A stretch of 40,594 bases of DNA from a virus (taxonomy: Duplodnaviria; Caudoviricetes). Location of the stretch: positions 1 through 40,594 of the IMG/VR virus record IMGVR_UViG_3300049169_000015; one strand, given 5' to 3'. Positions 9,951-16,827 of the stretch are shown piece by piece. Position 1 is the stretch's first letter. Every line of letters starts with the position of its first letter. Position numbers and translations under genes: made by a program. The notes below the pieces were generated by a model, which saw only the letters and a program-made list of their open reading frames with translations, made no database searches and was not told the origin of the DNA.

Positions 9951-10642
9951 CCCCGACCCATCGAGCAGAAGGGATACTCACCCGCCGGTGGCGGTCCCTC
10001 GCGGTGGCCGCCACCCTGGCTGTCCTGTCCGGCGCGGTCCTGTTGGTGTGGCTGCGGATCGACGCGGCTGACGAGCGCGCCGCGCAGCTGGCCAGCGAGG
10101 CGAACCGCCGGGGTACCGCGGTCAGCACGCTGGCTGGTGACGTGCGGGTGCTGCGGGCACAGATCGAGGCGCGGGGGGATACGCCGGCGGCGCCGGATCC
10201 GGCACGGGCGGTCGATGATCTGCCGCAGCGGACTGAGGTGCCGGTGCCGATCCCCGGCCCGCCGGGTCCGCCCGGTGCAACCGTGACCGGCCCGCCAGGA
10301 AAGCCGGGTAAGGCCGCTCCCACACCAACGCCGATCCCGGGGCCGGCCGGTCCGCCCGGGGCGACAGTCACCGGCCCGCCTGGAGCCGACTCCACAGTCC
10401 CTGGCCCCGCGGGTCCGCCCGGTGCGGACTCCACGGTCCCTGGTCCCCAGGGAGAGCGGGGCGAGCAGGGCCCGCCCGGTCCTGCTGGTCAATCCTGTCC
10501 TGAGGGCTACTCGTGGCAGACGCCGGAGTACGACCCGGACGCGAAGGTCTGCCGCCGCGACGGCGCGCCGCCCGCCGACGACAAGCCGGGTGGCGGGCCG
10601 CTGCCTCTCGCACTGGACCCACAGCGCAGGCAGTACCCGTAA
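9947..10642 (+). CDS. Membrane-anchored collagen-like (Gly-X-Y) protein
   Basis: TM segment, coiled coil, GPPGPPG/GPAGPPGADSTVP repeats, C-terminal Cys pair; GTGA coupling. Confidence 0.8.
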   Translation: MTPTHRAEGILTRRWRSLAVAATLAVLSGAVLLVWLRIDAADERAAQLASEANRRGTAVSTLAGDVRVLRAQIEARGDTPAAPDPARAVDDLPQRTEVPVPIPGPPGPPGATVTGPPGKPGKAAPTPTPIPGPAGPPGATVTGPPGADSTVPGPAGPPGADSTVPGPQGERGEQGPPGPAGQSCPEGYSWQTPEYDPDAKVCRRDGAPPADDKPGGGPLPLALDPQRRQYP

Positions 10643-10713
10643 CGCGCACCGTTCCCCGTCCCACGGCTCCGGCCGTACCCTGGCCCAACCAGCAGCCAGA
10701 GAAGGGGAACACC

Positions 10714-11946
10714 GTGGACCTGCCCGACAACCTCCCCATCGGCCAGCGCATCCGAGTCCTCCGTGAATCCCGCGGCATGTCCCGCGAGGTCCTCGCCGGG
10801 ATGTGCGGCCGAGGCCCCGACTGGCTCAAGAAGATCGAGTCCGGTGAACGCCCCCTCAGGTCCAACCCTCTGATCCTGCGACTGGCGGGCGCGCTCCAAC
10901 TGTCGGACGCCTCGGTCATCACCGGCTCCTCCGACGTGGCACAGCCCGTCCAGCACGGCCGCCTGCACCACCCGCAGATGCCCGCCGTCTGGGACGCCGT
11001 GATGAACCGCAGGCTCACCCTCACCCCGGCCTCCGGCCCCGTTGACGTGGCCGGCCTCCAAGGCCGCATCGACCAGACATGGACGCTGTGGCACGCCTCC
11101 GGACAGAACCGGACCGAGGTGCTGCGACTGTTGCCCCGACTGATCCTCGACGCCGAGCAGGCAGCCCGCGCCACCAGCGGCGACCAGCGGCGAGCAGCCC
11201 GCGTAGCCGTGGCCGATGTCTACCGGCTCACCGGCCAGGCCACCGCCTACATCGCCCCCGGAGAGATGGCGTGGGTCGTCGCCGACCGCGCCCTGGCAGC
11301 CGCGCAGGACGCCGACCAGCCCGCCGCCATAGCAGCCGCCGCCTGGAACATGGGCAACATTCTCCGCGAAACGTCGTACGCCGACGAGGCCTTGCGCGTC
11401 GTGACCGAGGCCGCCGACCTGATCCGCCCCCACCTCGACACCGCGCCCGACGACTGGCGCGGTATCTACGGCGCGCTCCAGTTGCACGCCGCGGTGACGG
11501 CTGCACGGGACGGCCGGCAGAGGGAAGCGTGGCGGTTCTGGGGCGCAGGCGACCAGGTGGCCAAGAGCCTGCCCGCCAGTTACGTGCATCCGTCCACGGT
11601 GTTCGGTCGGGCCAACGTCGACTTCCACGAGATCAGCGTGGCCGTTGACCTGAAGACCAGCCAACGCGCGCTGTCCGCCGCCGACGACATCGACCCGGAC
11701 GCGATGCCGTCGGTGGAGCGCCGGGCCCGCCTGTGGGTGGAGGTCGCCCGCGGCCACCTGCAGCGCGGCGACCACACGGCGGCGCTGCACGTGATGCAGA
11801 TGGCGCACGAGATCGGCGCGGAGACGGTGCGCTTCACCCCGTCTGCGCTGACCGCGGTGACGGAGCTGTGGCAGGGAGCGCCGCGAGCGCTGCGCCCGCA
11901 GGCCGCACGGCTCGCGGAGAAGGTCGGCCTGCGCGACGTGGGCTAG
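10714..11946 (+). CDS. XRE-family HTH regulator with C-terminal helical (TPR-like) domain, ~410 aa
   Basis: IGQRIRVLRESRGMSREVLAGMCGRGPDWLKKIESGER HTH; GAAGGGGA RBS before GTG 10714; Ala-rich helical repeats. Confidence 0.85.
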   Translation: MDLPDNLPIGQRIRVLRESRGMSREVLAGMCGRGPDWLKKIESGERPLRSNPLILRLAGALQLSDASVITGSSDVAQPVQHGRLHHPQMPAVWDAVMNRRLTLTPASGPVDVAGLQGRIDQTWTLWHASGQNRTEVLRLLPRLILDAEQAARATSGDQRRAARVAVADVYRLTGQATAYIAPGEMAWVVADRALAAAQDADQPAAIAAAAWNMGNILRETSYADEALRVVTEAADLIRPHLDTAPDDWRGIYGALQLHAAVTAARDGRQREAWRFWGAGDQVAKSLPASYVHPSTVFGRANVDFHEISVAVDLKTSQRALSAADDIDPDAMPSVERRARLWVEVARGHLQRGDHTAALHVMQMAHEIGAETVRFTPSALTAVTELWQGAPRALRPQAARLAEKVGLRDVG

Positions 11947-11962
11947 GGGGACATCGGGTACT

Positions 11963-12006
11963 GGGGACAACCTGTCCCCGTTACTCGCCGGTACCTCCCT
12001 TACGGT
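11963..12006 (+). promoter_or_regulatory. Operator-like inverted repeat and -10 box for the small-gene operon
   Basis: GGGGACA-ACC-TGTCCCC (11963-11979); TACGGT at 12001-12006. Confidence 0.55.
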
Positions 12007-12045
12007 GACCGTCCGTCAACGGACACTCACCCGCAGGGGGACCCC

Positions 12046-12282
12046 ATGGTCGGCTCTCACTGGCACGCCTCATTACGACCGGACAGCGAATCAACCGGCG
12101 ACAGCACAACCGGCGAGATCCGCGTACCCCTGGAGGTCTGGAGCGTTGACCAGCCGCAGGGCTCCGTGGACCTCGTCCTCTCCAGCCGCGAGGCCGAGCA
12201 GCTGTACGCGCGCCTGTCGCTGCTGCTGCATCAGTCCAGCCTGAACGGCCAGCGCCGCGCCCCCGGGGCGGTGCTGGCGTGA
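12046..12282 (+). CDS. Hypothetical protein (78 aa)
   Basis: AGGGGG RBS; first gene of a coupled operon. Confidence 0.65.
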   Translation: MVGSHWHASLRPDSESTGDSTTGEIRVPLEVWSVDQPQGSVDLVLSSREAEQLYARLSLLLHQSSLNGQRRAPGAVLA

Positions 12283-12470
12283 GCGACGAGACCCGCGGGC
12301 GCGCCTGCGCGTACTGCCCGGAGCCGGGTGCCGACGTGTGCGTTCGGCAGCACGGCTCCGCGTCGGGGCCCGGCCTATCGGTCTACGCACACCGGGCCTG
12401 CGCCGAGAAACGCCGTGTGCCCGTGCTGTACGAGCTGCTGGGCGGCATCGGGGCGGAGCACTTCGCATGA
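12279..12470 (+). CDS. Small C2HC Zn-finger-like protein
   Basis: CAYC...SGPG...AHRAC; GTGA/ATGA coupling. Confidence 0.7.
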   Translation: MSDETRGRACAYCPEPGADVCVRQHGSASGPGLSVYAHRACAEKRRVPVLYELLGGIGAEHFA

Positions 12471-12745
12471 GCCCGCGCACGATCGTCAGAGCCGCTGAGT
12501 GGCACCTCGGCGTCGACACGTCCGAGGGCGCACCGACGAAGCCGATACATGAGGCGCAGTGCACGACGTGCGGCGCCTCCTCCGGCGCGACCGAAGGCGA
12601 GCGCCTGCCGGCCGAAGTGTGGGCGCTGAAGCACACCGGCCAGCATCCGGAGCACCGCTCGTTCCGCGCCGTGCAGTTGACGTTCTGGCGTGTGACCCCG
12701 GCGCCCGGCAACCCCTACGCCGAGGTGGAGGTGTCTCGTGGCTAG
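12467..12745 (+). CDS. Small Zn-binding protein (CxxC...WALKH...H), common Streptomyces accessory family
   Basis: QCTTCG...WALKHTGQHPEHRSFR; coupled start. Confidence 0.7.
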   Translation: MSPRTIVRAAEWHLGVDTSEGAPTKPIHEAQCTTCGASSGATEGERLPAEVWALKHTGQHPEHRSFRAVQLTFWRVTPAPGNPYAEVEVSRG

Positions 12746-12947
12746 CACCCTGGCCTGCGCCCTCTGCCCCGACACGACCCCGCCGCCGGACGCCGTCATC
12801 GGCCACCGCCCAGCCGGGTCCGGCCCCGGCTGGCCGATCCTCGCGCACCTCGTCTGCGCCGCCAGGGACGGCGCCAAAGTCGTGGGCGAGTGGACCGCCG
12901 AGGACACCGAACAGCTGACCCGCGCATGGACAGGAGGCACACCGTGA
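12738..12947 (+). CDS. Small C2HC Zn-finger-like protein, paralogue of 12279
   Basis: CALC...SGPG...AHLVC; GGAGG RBS. Confidence 0.7.
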   Translation: MASTLACALCPDTTPPPDAVIGHRPAGSGPGWPILAHLVCAARDGAKVVGEWTAEDTEQLTRAWTGGTP

Positions 12948-13111
12948 CGACGACGAGCAGAACACGGATCTGCGTCCGCTGCGACCGGCCGATCATGGCG
13001 CAGGCCGTGACCGTGCCGCAGCTGTTCGCGACCAGCGGCGCCAGGCCGGACGACCACCGCCACCGCGACGGCGATCCCGAATGCCGGCCACGCACACGGA
13101 TCGACCCATGA
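12944..13111 (+). CDS. Small Cys/His protein (55 aa)
   Basis: AGGAGG RBS, GTG start; CVRCDRPI...SGARPDDHRH...C. Confidence 0.65.
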   Translation: MTTTSRTRICVRCDRPIMAQAVTVPQLFATSGARPDDHRHRDGDPECRPRTRIDP

Positions 13112-13114
13112 GCC

Positions 13115-13197
13115 CCCTGCCCGCGGCCCCGCCGATCGCCCGCGGGCAGGGACGTCCGCCCCGGCCGTCCGTTACCCCCGTGGCGGACGGCCGGGGC
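13115..13197. terminator. Two tandem stem-loops between convergent genes
   Basis: CCCTGCCCGCGG/CCGCGGGCAGGG (13115-13151) and GCCCCGGCCGTCCG/CGGACGGCCGGGGC (13158-13197). Confidence 0.7.
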
Positions 13198-13437
13198 TCA
13201 CTCGCGTACGAGATCGGCGAGCGGGACACCGATGGCGTCGGCGATGCGGATCAAGTTGTCGAGCAGTGCCGCACGGTGGCCCTGCTCGATCTCGCTCACG
13301 GTGGAGATGCGGATCCCGGCGCGGAGGGCGACGTCCTCCTGGGAGAGGTTCGCGTGGAGCCGGGCGCCACGGATCTGGTCGCCGATGGCCCTGCGTCTGG
13401 CGATGACGCGGTCGGCTGGCATCGGCTGGTGGTGCAC
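13198..13437 (-). CDS. Small XRE-family HTH regulator (79 aa)
   Basis: IGDQIRGARLHANLSQEDVALRAGIRISTVSEIEQG...LIRIADAIGVPLADL. Confidence 0.85.
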   Translation of the reverse strand: MHHQPMPADRVIARRRAIGDQIRGARLHANLSQEDVALRAGIRISTVSEIEQGHRAALLDNLIRIADAIGVPLADLVRE

Positions 13438-13471
13438 CTGCCCACGCTCGCCGGACCATGATCCTAAAGTC

Positions 13472-13524
13472 TTTACGGTGCACCGTAAAAGGGTTGATCA
13501 TGAGGGGTACGGGTACCCCTCATG
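13472..13524. promoter_or_regulatory. Palindromic operator/promoter pair upstream of the small XRE gene
   Basis: Perfect 18-bp palindrome TTTACGGTGCACCGTAAA (13472-13489); 12-bp IR CATGAGGGGTAC-GG-GTACCCCTCATG (13499-13524). Confidence 0.7.
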
Positions 13525-13536
13525 GGCCCAGCACAT

Positions 13537-13676
13537 AGAGCGCCCGCCTGATCGGGAAACTGCCGGGCGGGCAGGGGATGGCCACCAGCGTCCGTACATC
13601 CGCTGCGGTCGTGTCGTCCCCGCTCTGATTCGGTCAGAGCAAAGCCGCCCCACCCCATTACGGGGTGGGGCGGTCT
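13537..13676 (+). ncRNA. Candidate structured small RNA 1
   Basis: Consecutive hairpins 13542-13572, 13574-13621, 13622-13640 and terminator-like 13644-13674; G-U pairs form only on the + strand; no credible ORF. Confidence 0.45.
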
Positions 13677-13682
13677 AATGTG

Positions 13683-13812
13683 AAAGCCAAGACCCCCCGC
13701 CGGTTTTCGCGGCGGGGGGTCCCCTGCGTGCCCACTCTCCCCAGCGGGACAGCGCAGGACGTGGACGGCGTACATCTGGCGCGCGTGGGGAGACGCACCG
13801 GCCCCGTCCACG
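13683..13812 (-). ncRNA. Candidate structured small RNA 2 with complementary loops
   Basis: Minus-strand TTGTTC-N16-TAAAGT promoter-like site (13844-13817); three hairpins, the last followed by UUGGCUUU; loops CUCCCC and GGGGAG. Confidence 0.5.
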
Positions 13813-13979
13813 ATGCACTTTAGCTGTCCTTTGCACGCGAACAAGTCCCCCGGACGGGTGAGCCCACGTCGCATGATCGCTGGGAATGTGGACTCTTAGC
13901 GGACTCCGGGCACGGGAAGACCCCCCAGATGATCACATCTGGAGGGCCGAAACCAGGCTCTCACCTGGCACTTCTCCCC

Positions 13980-14023
13980 GGTGGGCGCGGACGGTTTCGA
14001 ACCGCCGACATCTGCTTTGTAAG
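13980..14023 (-). other. attP common core = 3' half of tRNA-Val(TAC)
   Basis: Reverse complement CTTACAAAGCAGATGTCGGCGGTTCGAAACCGTCCGCGCCCACC: anticodon loop CT-TAC-AA, T-arm GGCGG-TTCGAAA-CCGTC, acceptor strand; adjacent to the integrase 3' end. Confidence 0.9.
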
Positions 14024-14047
14024 TGCTTCCTTCCAGGTCACGCAGCG

Positions 14048-14140
14048 TTTCCGAGAGTTTCCGAGACCCTCCGAGGGACTCCCACTCCCGCGCCCTACCT
14101 CCCGCCGGGGAGGCTCCGAGAAGTGCCGAGACTTTCCGAG
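14048..14140 (+). repeat. Two triplets of 10-bp-phased CCGAG repeats (probable Xis/RDF binding array)
   Basis: CCGAG at 14051/14061/14071 and 14116/14126/14136, between core and arm sites. Confidence 0.7.
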
Positions 14141-14180
14141 CAGGGATTGTGGACTCCCTGTGGATTCCAGCCCACTCTGG

Positions 14181-15452
14181 TCACCCAACGACCCGGAGTC
14201 CACTACCGCCACCCTCCAGCGCAGCCCGCACGTTCTCCCGCGCGTTCTCACTCTCATGCGTGTACAGCCACGTCACCCGACCACCACGCTCCTGACCGAG
14301 CACCGACTGAGTGTCCTTCTCAGACACCCCAGCCTCGTGCAGACGCGTCGTCACCTTGTGCCGGTAGTCGTAGATCCGCGGCCACCACTCGGTCCGCCCC
14401 GTCTCCGGGTTCTTCACCTCGCGGGCGACGCCGGCCTGGACGATGGCCTTGTGCCACGGCCGGGCCAGGTTGTTGATGTTCAGCGCCGCGCCACGCTTCC
14501 CGCGGAACACGAGCTCCTCAATGTGCAGGTCGTACCCGTCGCCGATCCGCGAGTGCGTCGCCTTCGGCTTCCACTTCGCCTTCATGAAGCGGACCGCCTC
14601 GAGCGCCGTCGTCGTCAGTGGGACGGTACGGAACCCGGCCTTCGTCTTCGGCGCCGCCTGCCGTCGCAACCGGCCGCCGTCGTTGATGAGGATCTCCCGG
14701 ATGTGGACCACCATCTCTTCCTCGTCAACGCAGTGGAGCCGCAACCCCGCGTACTCCCCCGGCCGCATCCCGGTCTCGTGCGCGAAGTCCCGCAGGATCA
14801 CCCGGTAGTAGGCGGGCAGCGCCGCGTGGATCAGCTCGTACTGCGCCGCGGTCGGCGGCTTCAGATCGTCCGGGTGCTTCTCCGGCTTCGCCGCCGTGAT
14901 CGTCAGGTTCGCGGCTGGGTTGATCGAGATCCGCTCGCCGTCCTTCACCGCCGCATCGAGCAGGGCGACGAGGAGCTCCTTCGTACGCTTCTGCGTCTCG
15001 TAGCCCTTCACCTCCCGGGTGAGCCACTTCTGCAGCTCCATGTACTCCAGGTCGATGAGCCGGTACCCGGCCCACTTCGGCTCGATGTGCGCCGTCCAGA
15101 TGCCGCGCTTGCGGTTCCTGGTGGTGACGCGCCCCTTCTCACCCTCGACCGTCCACCACTCCGTCCACCACGCACCGAGCCGGATCTTGCCCCGCTCCGG
15201 GTCCCGGTACGTGCGGTCGCGGACCGACGCCCGGACCCTGTCCAGGAAGGCGTCCGCTTCCTTCTTCGTCGGATAGTGCTTCGCCTTCTGCTTGCCGGCC
15301 GGGTCGCGGTAGCGGGCCTGCCAGGAGCCGAGGCAGTCGCGGCGCTTCTTCCTCTCGCCGTACTCCTCGGTGGGGTACCGCTCTATGCACGGCGGGCAGC
15401 CGCACGTCTTGCTGCGGATCTGCCGCGGGTTGTTCATGGCTCTACGCGCCAT
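14181..15452 (-). CDS. int: Tyrosine integrase
   Basis: WQARYRDPAG arm-binding domain, TGMRPGE, PKTKAG, YDYRH, LGQ...VTWLYTH catalytic motifs. Confidence 0.95.
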   Translation of the reverse strand: MARRAMNNPRQIRSKTCGCPPCIERYPTEEYGERKKRRDCLGSWQARYRDPAGKQKAKHYPTKKEADAFLDRVRASVRDRTYRDPERGKIRLGAWWTEWWTVEGEKGRVTTRNRKRGIWTAHIEPKWAGYRLIDLEYMELQKWLTREVKGYETQKRTKELLVALLDAAVKDGERISINPAANLTITAAKPEKHPDDLKPPTAAQYELIHAALPAYYRVILRDFAHETGMRPGEYAGLRLHCVDEEEMVVHIREILINDGGRLRRQAAPKTKAGFRTVPLTTTALEAVRFMKAKWKPKATHSRIGDGYDLHIEELVFRGKRGAALNINNLARPWHKAIVQAGVAREVKNPETGRTEWWPRIYDYRHKVTTRLHEAGVSEKDTQSVLGQERGGRVTWLYTHESENARENVRAALEGGGSGLRVVG

Positions 15453-15693
15453 GGGTCACCGTCCTCCTCGTCTGCTGCGGGATGCTGGGGGACGCCTCGA
15501 TCGGCGCCCCGCAGAAGCAGCGTGCACCCACATAGCACTGGGGCACGGCGAGTTCCGTGAGAATGGCCCGGACGATGGCGAGCCGCTCGGTGTGGGAGAG
15601 GCAGCGCGGGACGGTTATGACCCTGCGGCCGGCGTCGTACGGCTCTTGGGCGACGCTCGACTTGACGCACGCGTACTGGACGCGGATGCACAT
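15442..15693 (-). CDS. Small Cys-containing protein coupled to int (83 aa), at the position usually held by ImmA-like anti-repressors
   Basis: GGGGGGA RBS; MCIRV...ARCFCG; overlaps the int start; no HExxH. Confidence 0.65.
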   Translation of the reverse strand: MCIRVQYACVKSSVAQEPYDAGRRVITVPRCLSHTERLAIVRAILTELAVPQCYVGARCFCGAPIEASPSIPQQTRRTVTHGA

Positions 15694-15857
15694 GCGGTTC
15701 CCCCCGTAGGGCAGGCGACGGGATGTCAGCCGCGGGGGAGCGTGGCCGTGCGGTCGACCGTACATCCGGTTAGGTGAATATGCGACCACTCTTTGCGCAC
15801 AACGTGCGCACATTTTTACGGGGAGTGAAGGAGTCCATTTAGGGTTGGACATGCGAA

Positions 15858-15882
15858 AGGGCCCGTAGGTTGTACGGGCCCT
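15858..15882 (-). terminator. Terminator downstream of the repressor
   Basis: AGGGCCCGTA/TACGGGCCCT stem followed by a short T run on the minus strand. Confidence 0.65.
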
Positions 15883-15895
15883 GGCCGGTTCTCGG

Positions 15896-16255
15896 TCAGC
15901 TGCGGTTGGATTCGTCGAGCGCGCGCGCCGTGATCTCCACCATCTCCTGCTGTTCCTTCGTCAGCCGCTCGATCACCGCCATGATGCGGTCCTTGGCCTC
16001 TGGCTGGAGTGGGCCGGGTGCCTTGCGGCCGGCGGCCTCGGAGAGGTCGTGGACGGAGAAGTCGGGGAAGGCGTCGTGCAGAGCCTGGATGGCTTCGTTC
16101 TTCGGGGTCCGCTTGCGGTGGACCCAGCTGTTGACGGTGGAGACATGGACGCCCGTTCGGCGTGCGATCTCGCTGTCGCTGACGCGGTGCGTGTCCTTGA
16201 GTCGCTTGAGGATTTGTGCGAAGTCCTCAGCGTGGGGGGTGTTGGGGGTCTCCAC
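15896..16255 (-). CDS. Immunity repressor (XRE HTH), probably leaderless
   Basis: SDSEIARRTGVHVSTVNSWVHRKRTP; divergent from cro-like gene; TTGCGA-N18-CACCCT ends 7 nt before the GTG. Confidence 0.85.
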   Translation of the reverse strand: METPNTPHAEDFAQILKRLKDTHRVSDSEIARRTGVHVSTVNSWVHRKRTPKNEAIQALHDAFPDFSVHDLSEAAGRKAPGPLQPEAKDRIMAVIERLTKEQQEMVEITARALDESNRS

Positions 16256-16276
16256 ATGCGTAAGGGTGCCCTCAGT

Positions 16277-16474
16277 CTTCTACTTTTCGCAAGTAAAAGT
16301 AGAAGCGTGGCGCAATCTAGTGCAGCGCGTAGCCTCCCCGCTACGCGCCGTTGCGCGCGGCATATGACTCCACCATAGAACGCGCGTTCGAAGAACGCCA
16401 CCGCCCCGGAATCTCTCGGAAACTCTCGGAGCTTCCCCCTTGACCAGCCTTCGACTTCGACTGTAGAACAGTCG
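16277..16474. promoter_or_regulatory. Lysis/lysogeny switch region
   Basis: IR CTTCTACTTTT-N7-AAAAGTAGAAG at the left end; TTGACC(16440)-N18-TAGAAC(16464) rightward promoter overlapped by TTCGACTTCGACTGTAGAA (16450-16468). Confidence 0.75.
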
Positions 16475-16524
16475 CAGAGCCTCACACCGAGGCCCGAACC
16501 CACCTCAACCAGCACGAGGTACCC

Positions 16525-16827
16525 ATGCCAAAGCTGCTCCGCAAGGGCGACGGCCAGCCACTCCGCGACGAGATGAAGCGGCAAGGACTGACCGGACCCG
16601 AACTCTCCGAGAAGACCAAGAAGGTCGACCCGGCGGGACGCGGAGTCAGCCCGGCCACCATCGGCCGGCTCACCGGCAAGGGACGCACCGCGCGGGACAG
16701 GTGCGAGCTGAACACCGCATGGCTCATCGCCGAAGGGCTCGACTGGCCGATCCACCGCGGGTTCAGCATGCCCACACATTCGACTGCGACTGTAGAAAGG
16801 TCAAGGGCTGATGCCGAAGAAGAGTGA
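16525..16827 (+). CDS. Cro-like HTH protein
   Basis: GLTGPELSEKT...GVSPATIGRL; first rightward gene after the switch. Confidence 0.75.
   Translation: MPKLLRKGDGQPLRDEMKRQGLTGPELSEKTKKVDPAGRGVSPATIGRLTGKGRTARDRCELNTAWLIAEGLDWPIHRGFSMPTHSTATVERSRADAEEE

Larger units (their letters stand above)
13887..14204. repeat. Integrase arm-type sites flanking the attP core
   Basis: TGTGGACTC 13887, AGCGGACTC 13898, TGTGGACTC 14148, TGTGGATTC 14159, inverted copy 14196-14204; direct pairs spaced 11 bp. Confidence 0.7.

Noticed and set aside
10252-10490. Repeated DNA as DGR template/variable repeats
   Set aside because: Repeats are explained by Gly-Pro-X coding; no reverse transcriptase motif seen in the genome
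10714-12282. Canonical arbitrium (AimR-AimP) system
   Set aside because: The ORF after the HTH-TPR gene has no signal peptide and I found no secreted pro-peptide nearby; kept only as an architectural analogy
13473-13874. 133-aa and 148-aa ORFs across the structured block
   Set aside because: No RBS or motif, atypical composition, and both run through terminator-like stems; a non-coding interpretation fits better
13980-14023. Phage-encoded tRNA-Val gene
   Set aside because: Only the anticodon loop to 3' end is present; no D-arm or 5' acceptor strand, so it is an attP core
13929-15560. 543-aa ORF antisense to the integrase
   Set aside because: Shadow ORF expected from high-GC codon bias; no motifs; runs across attP
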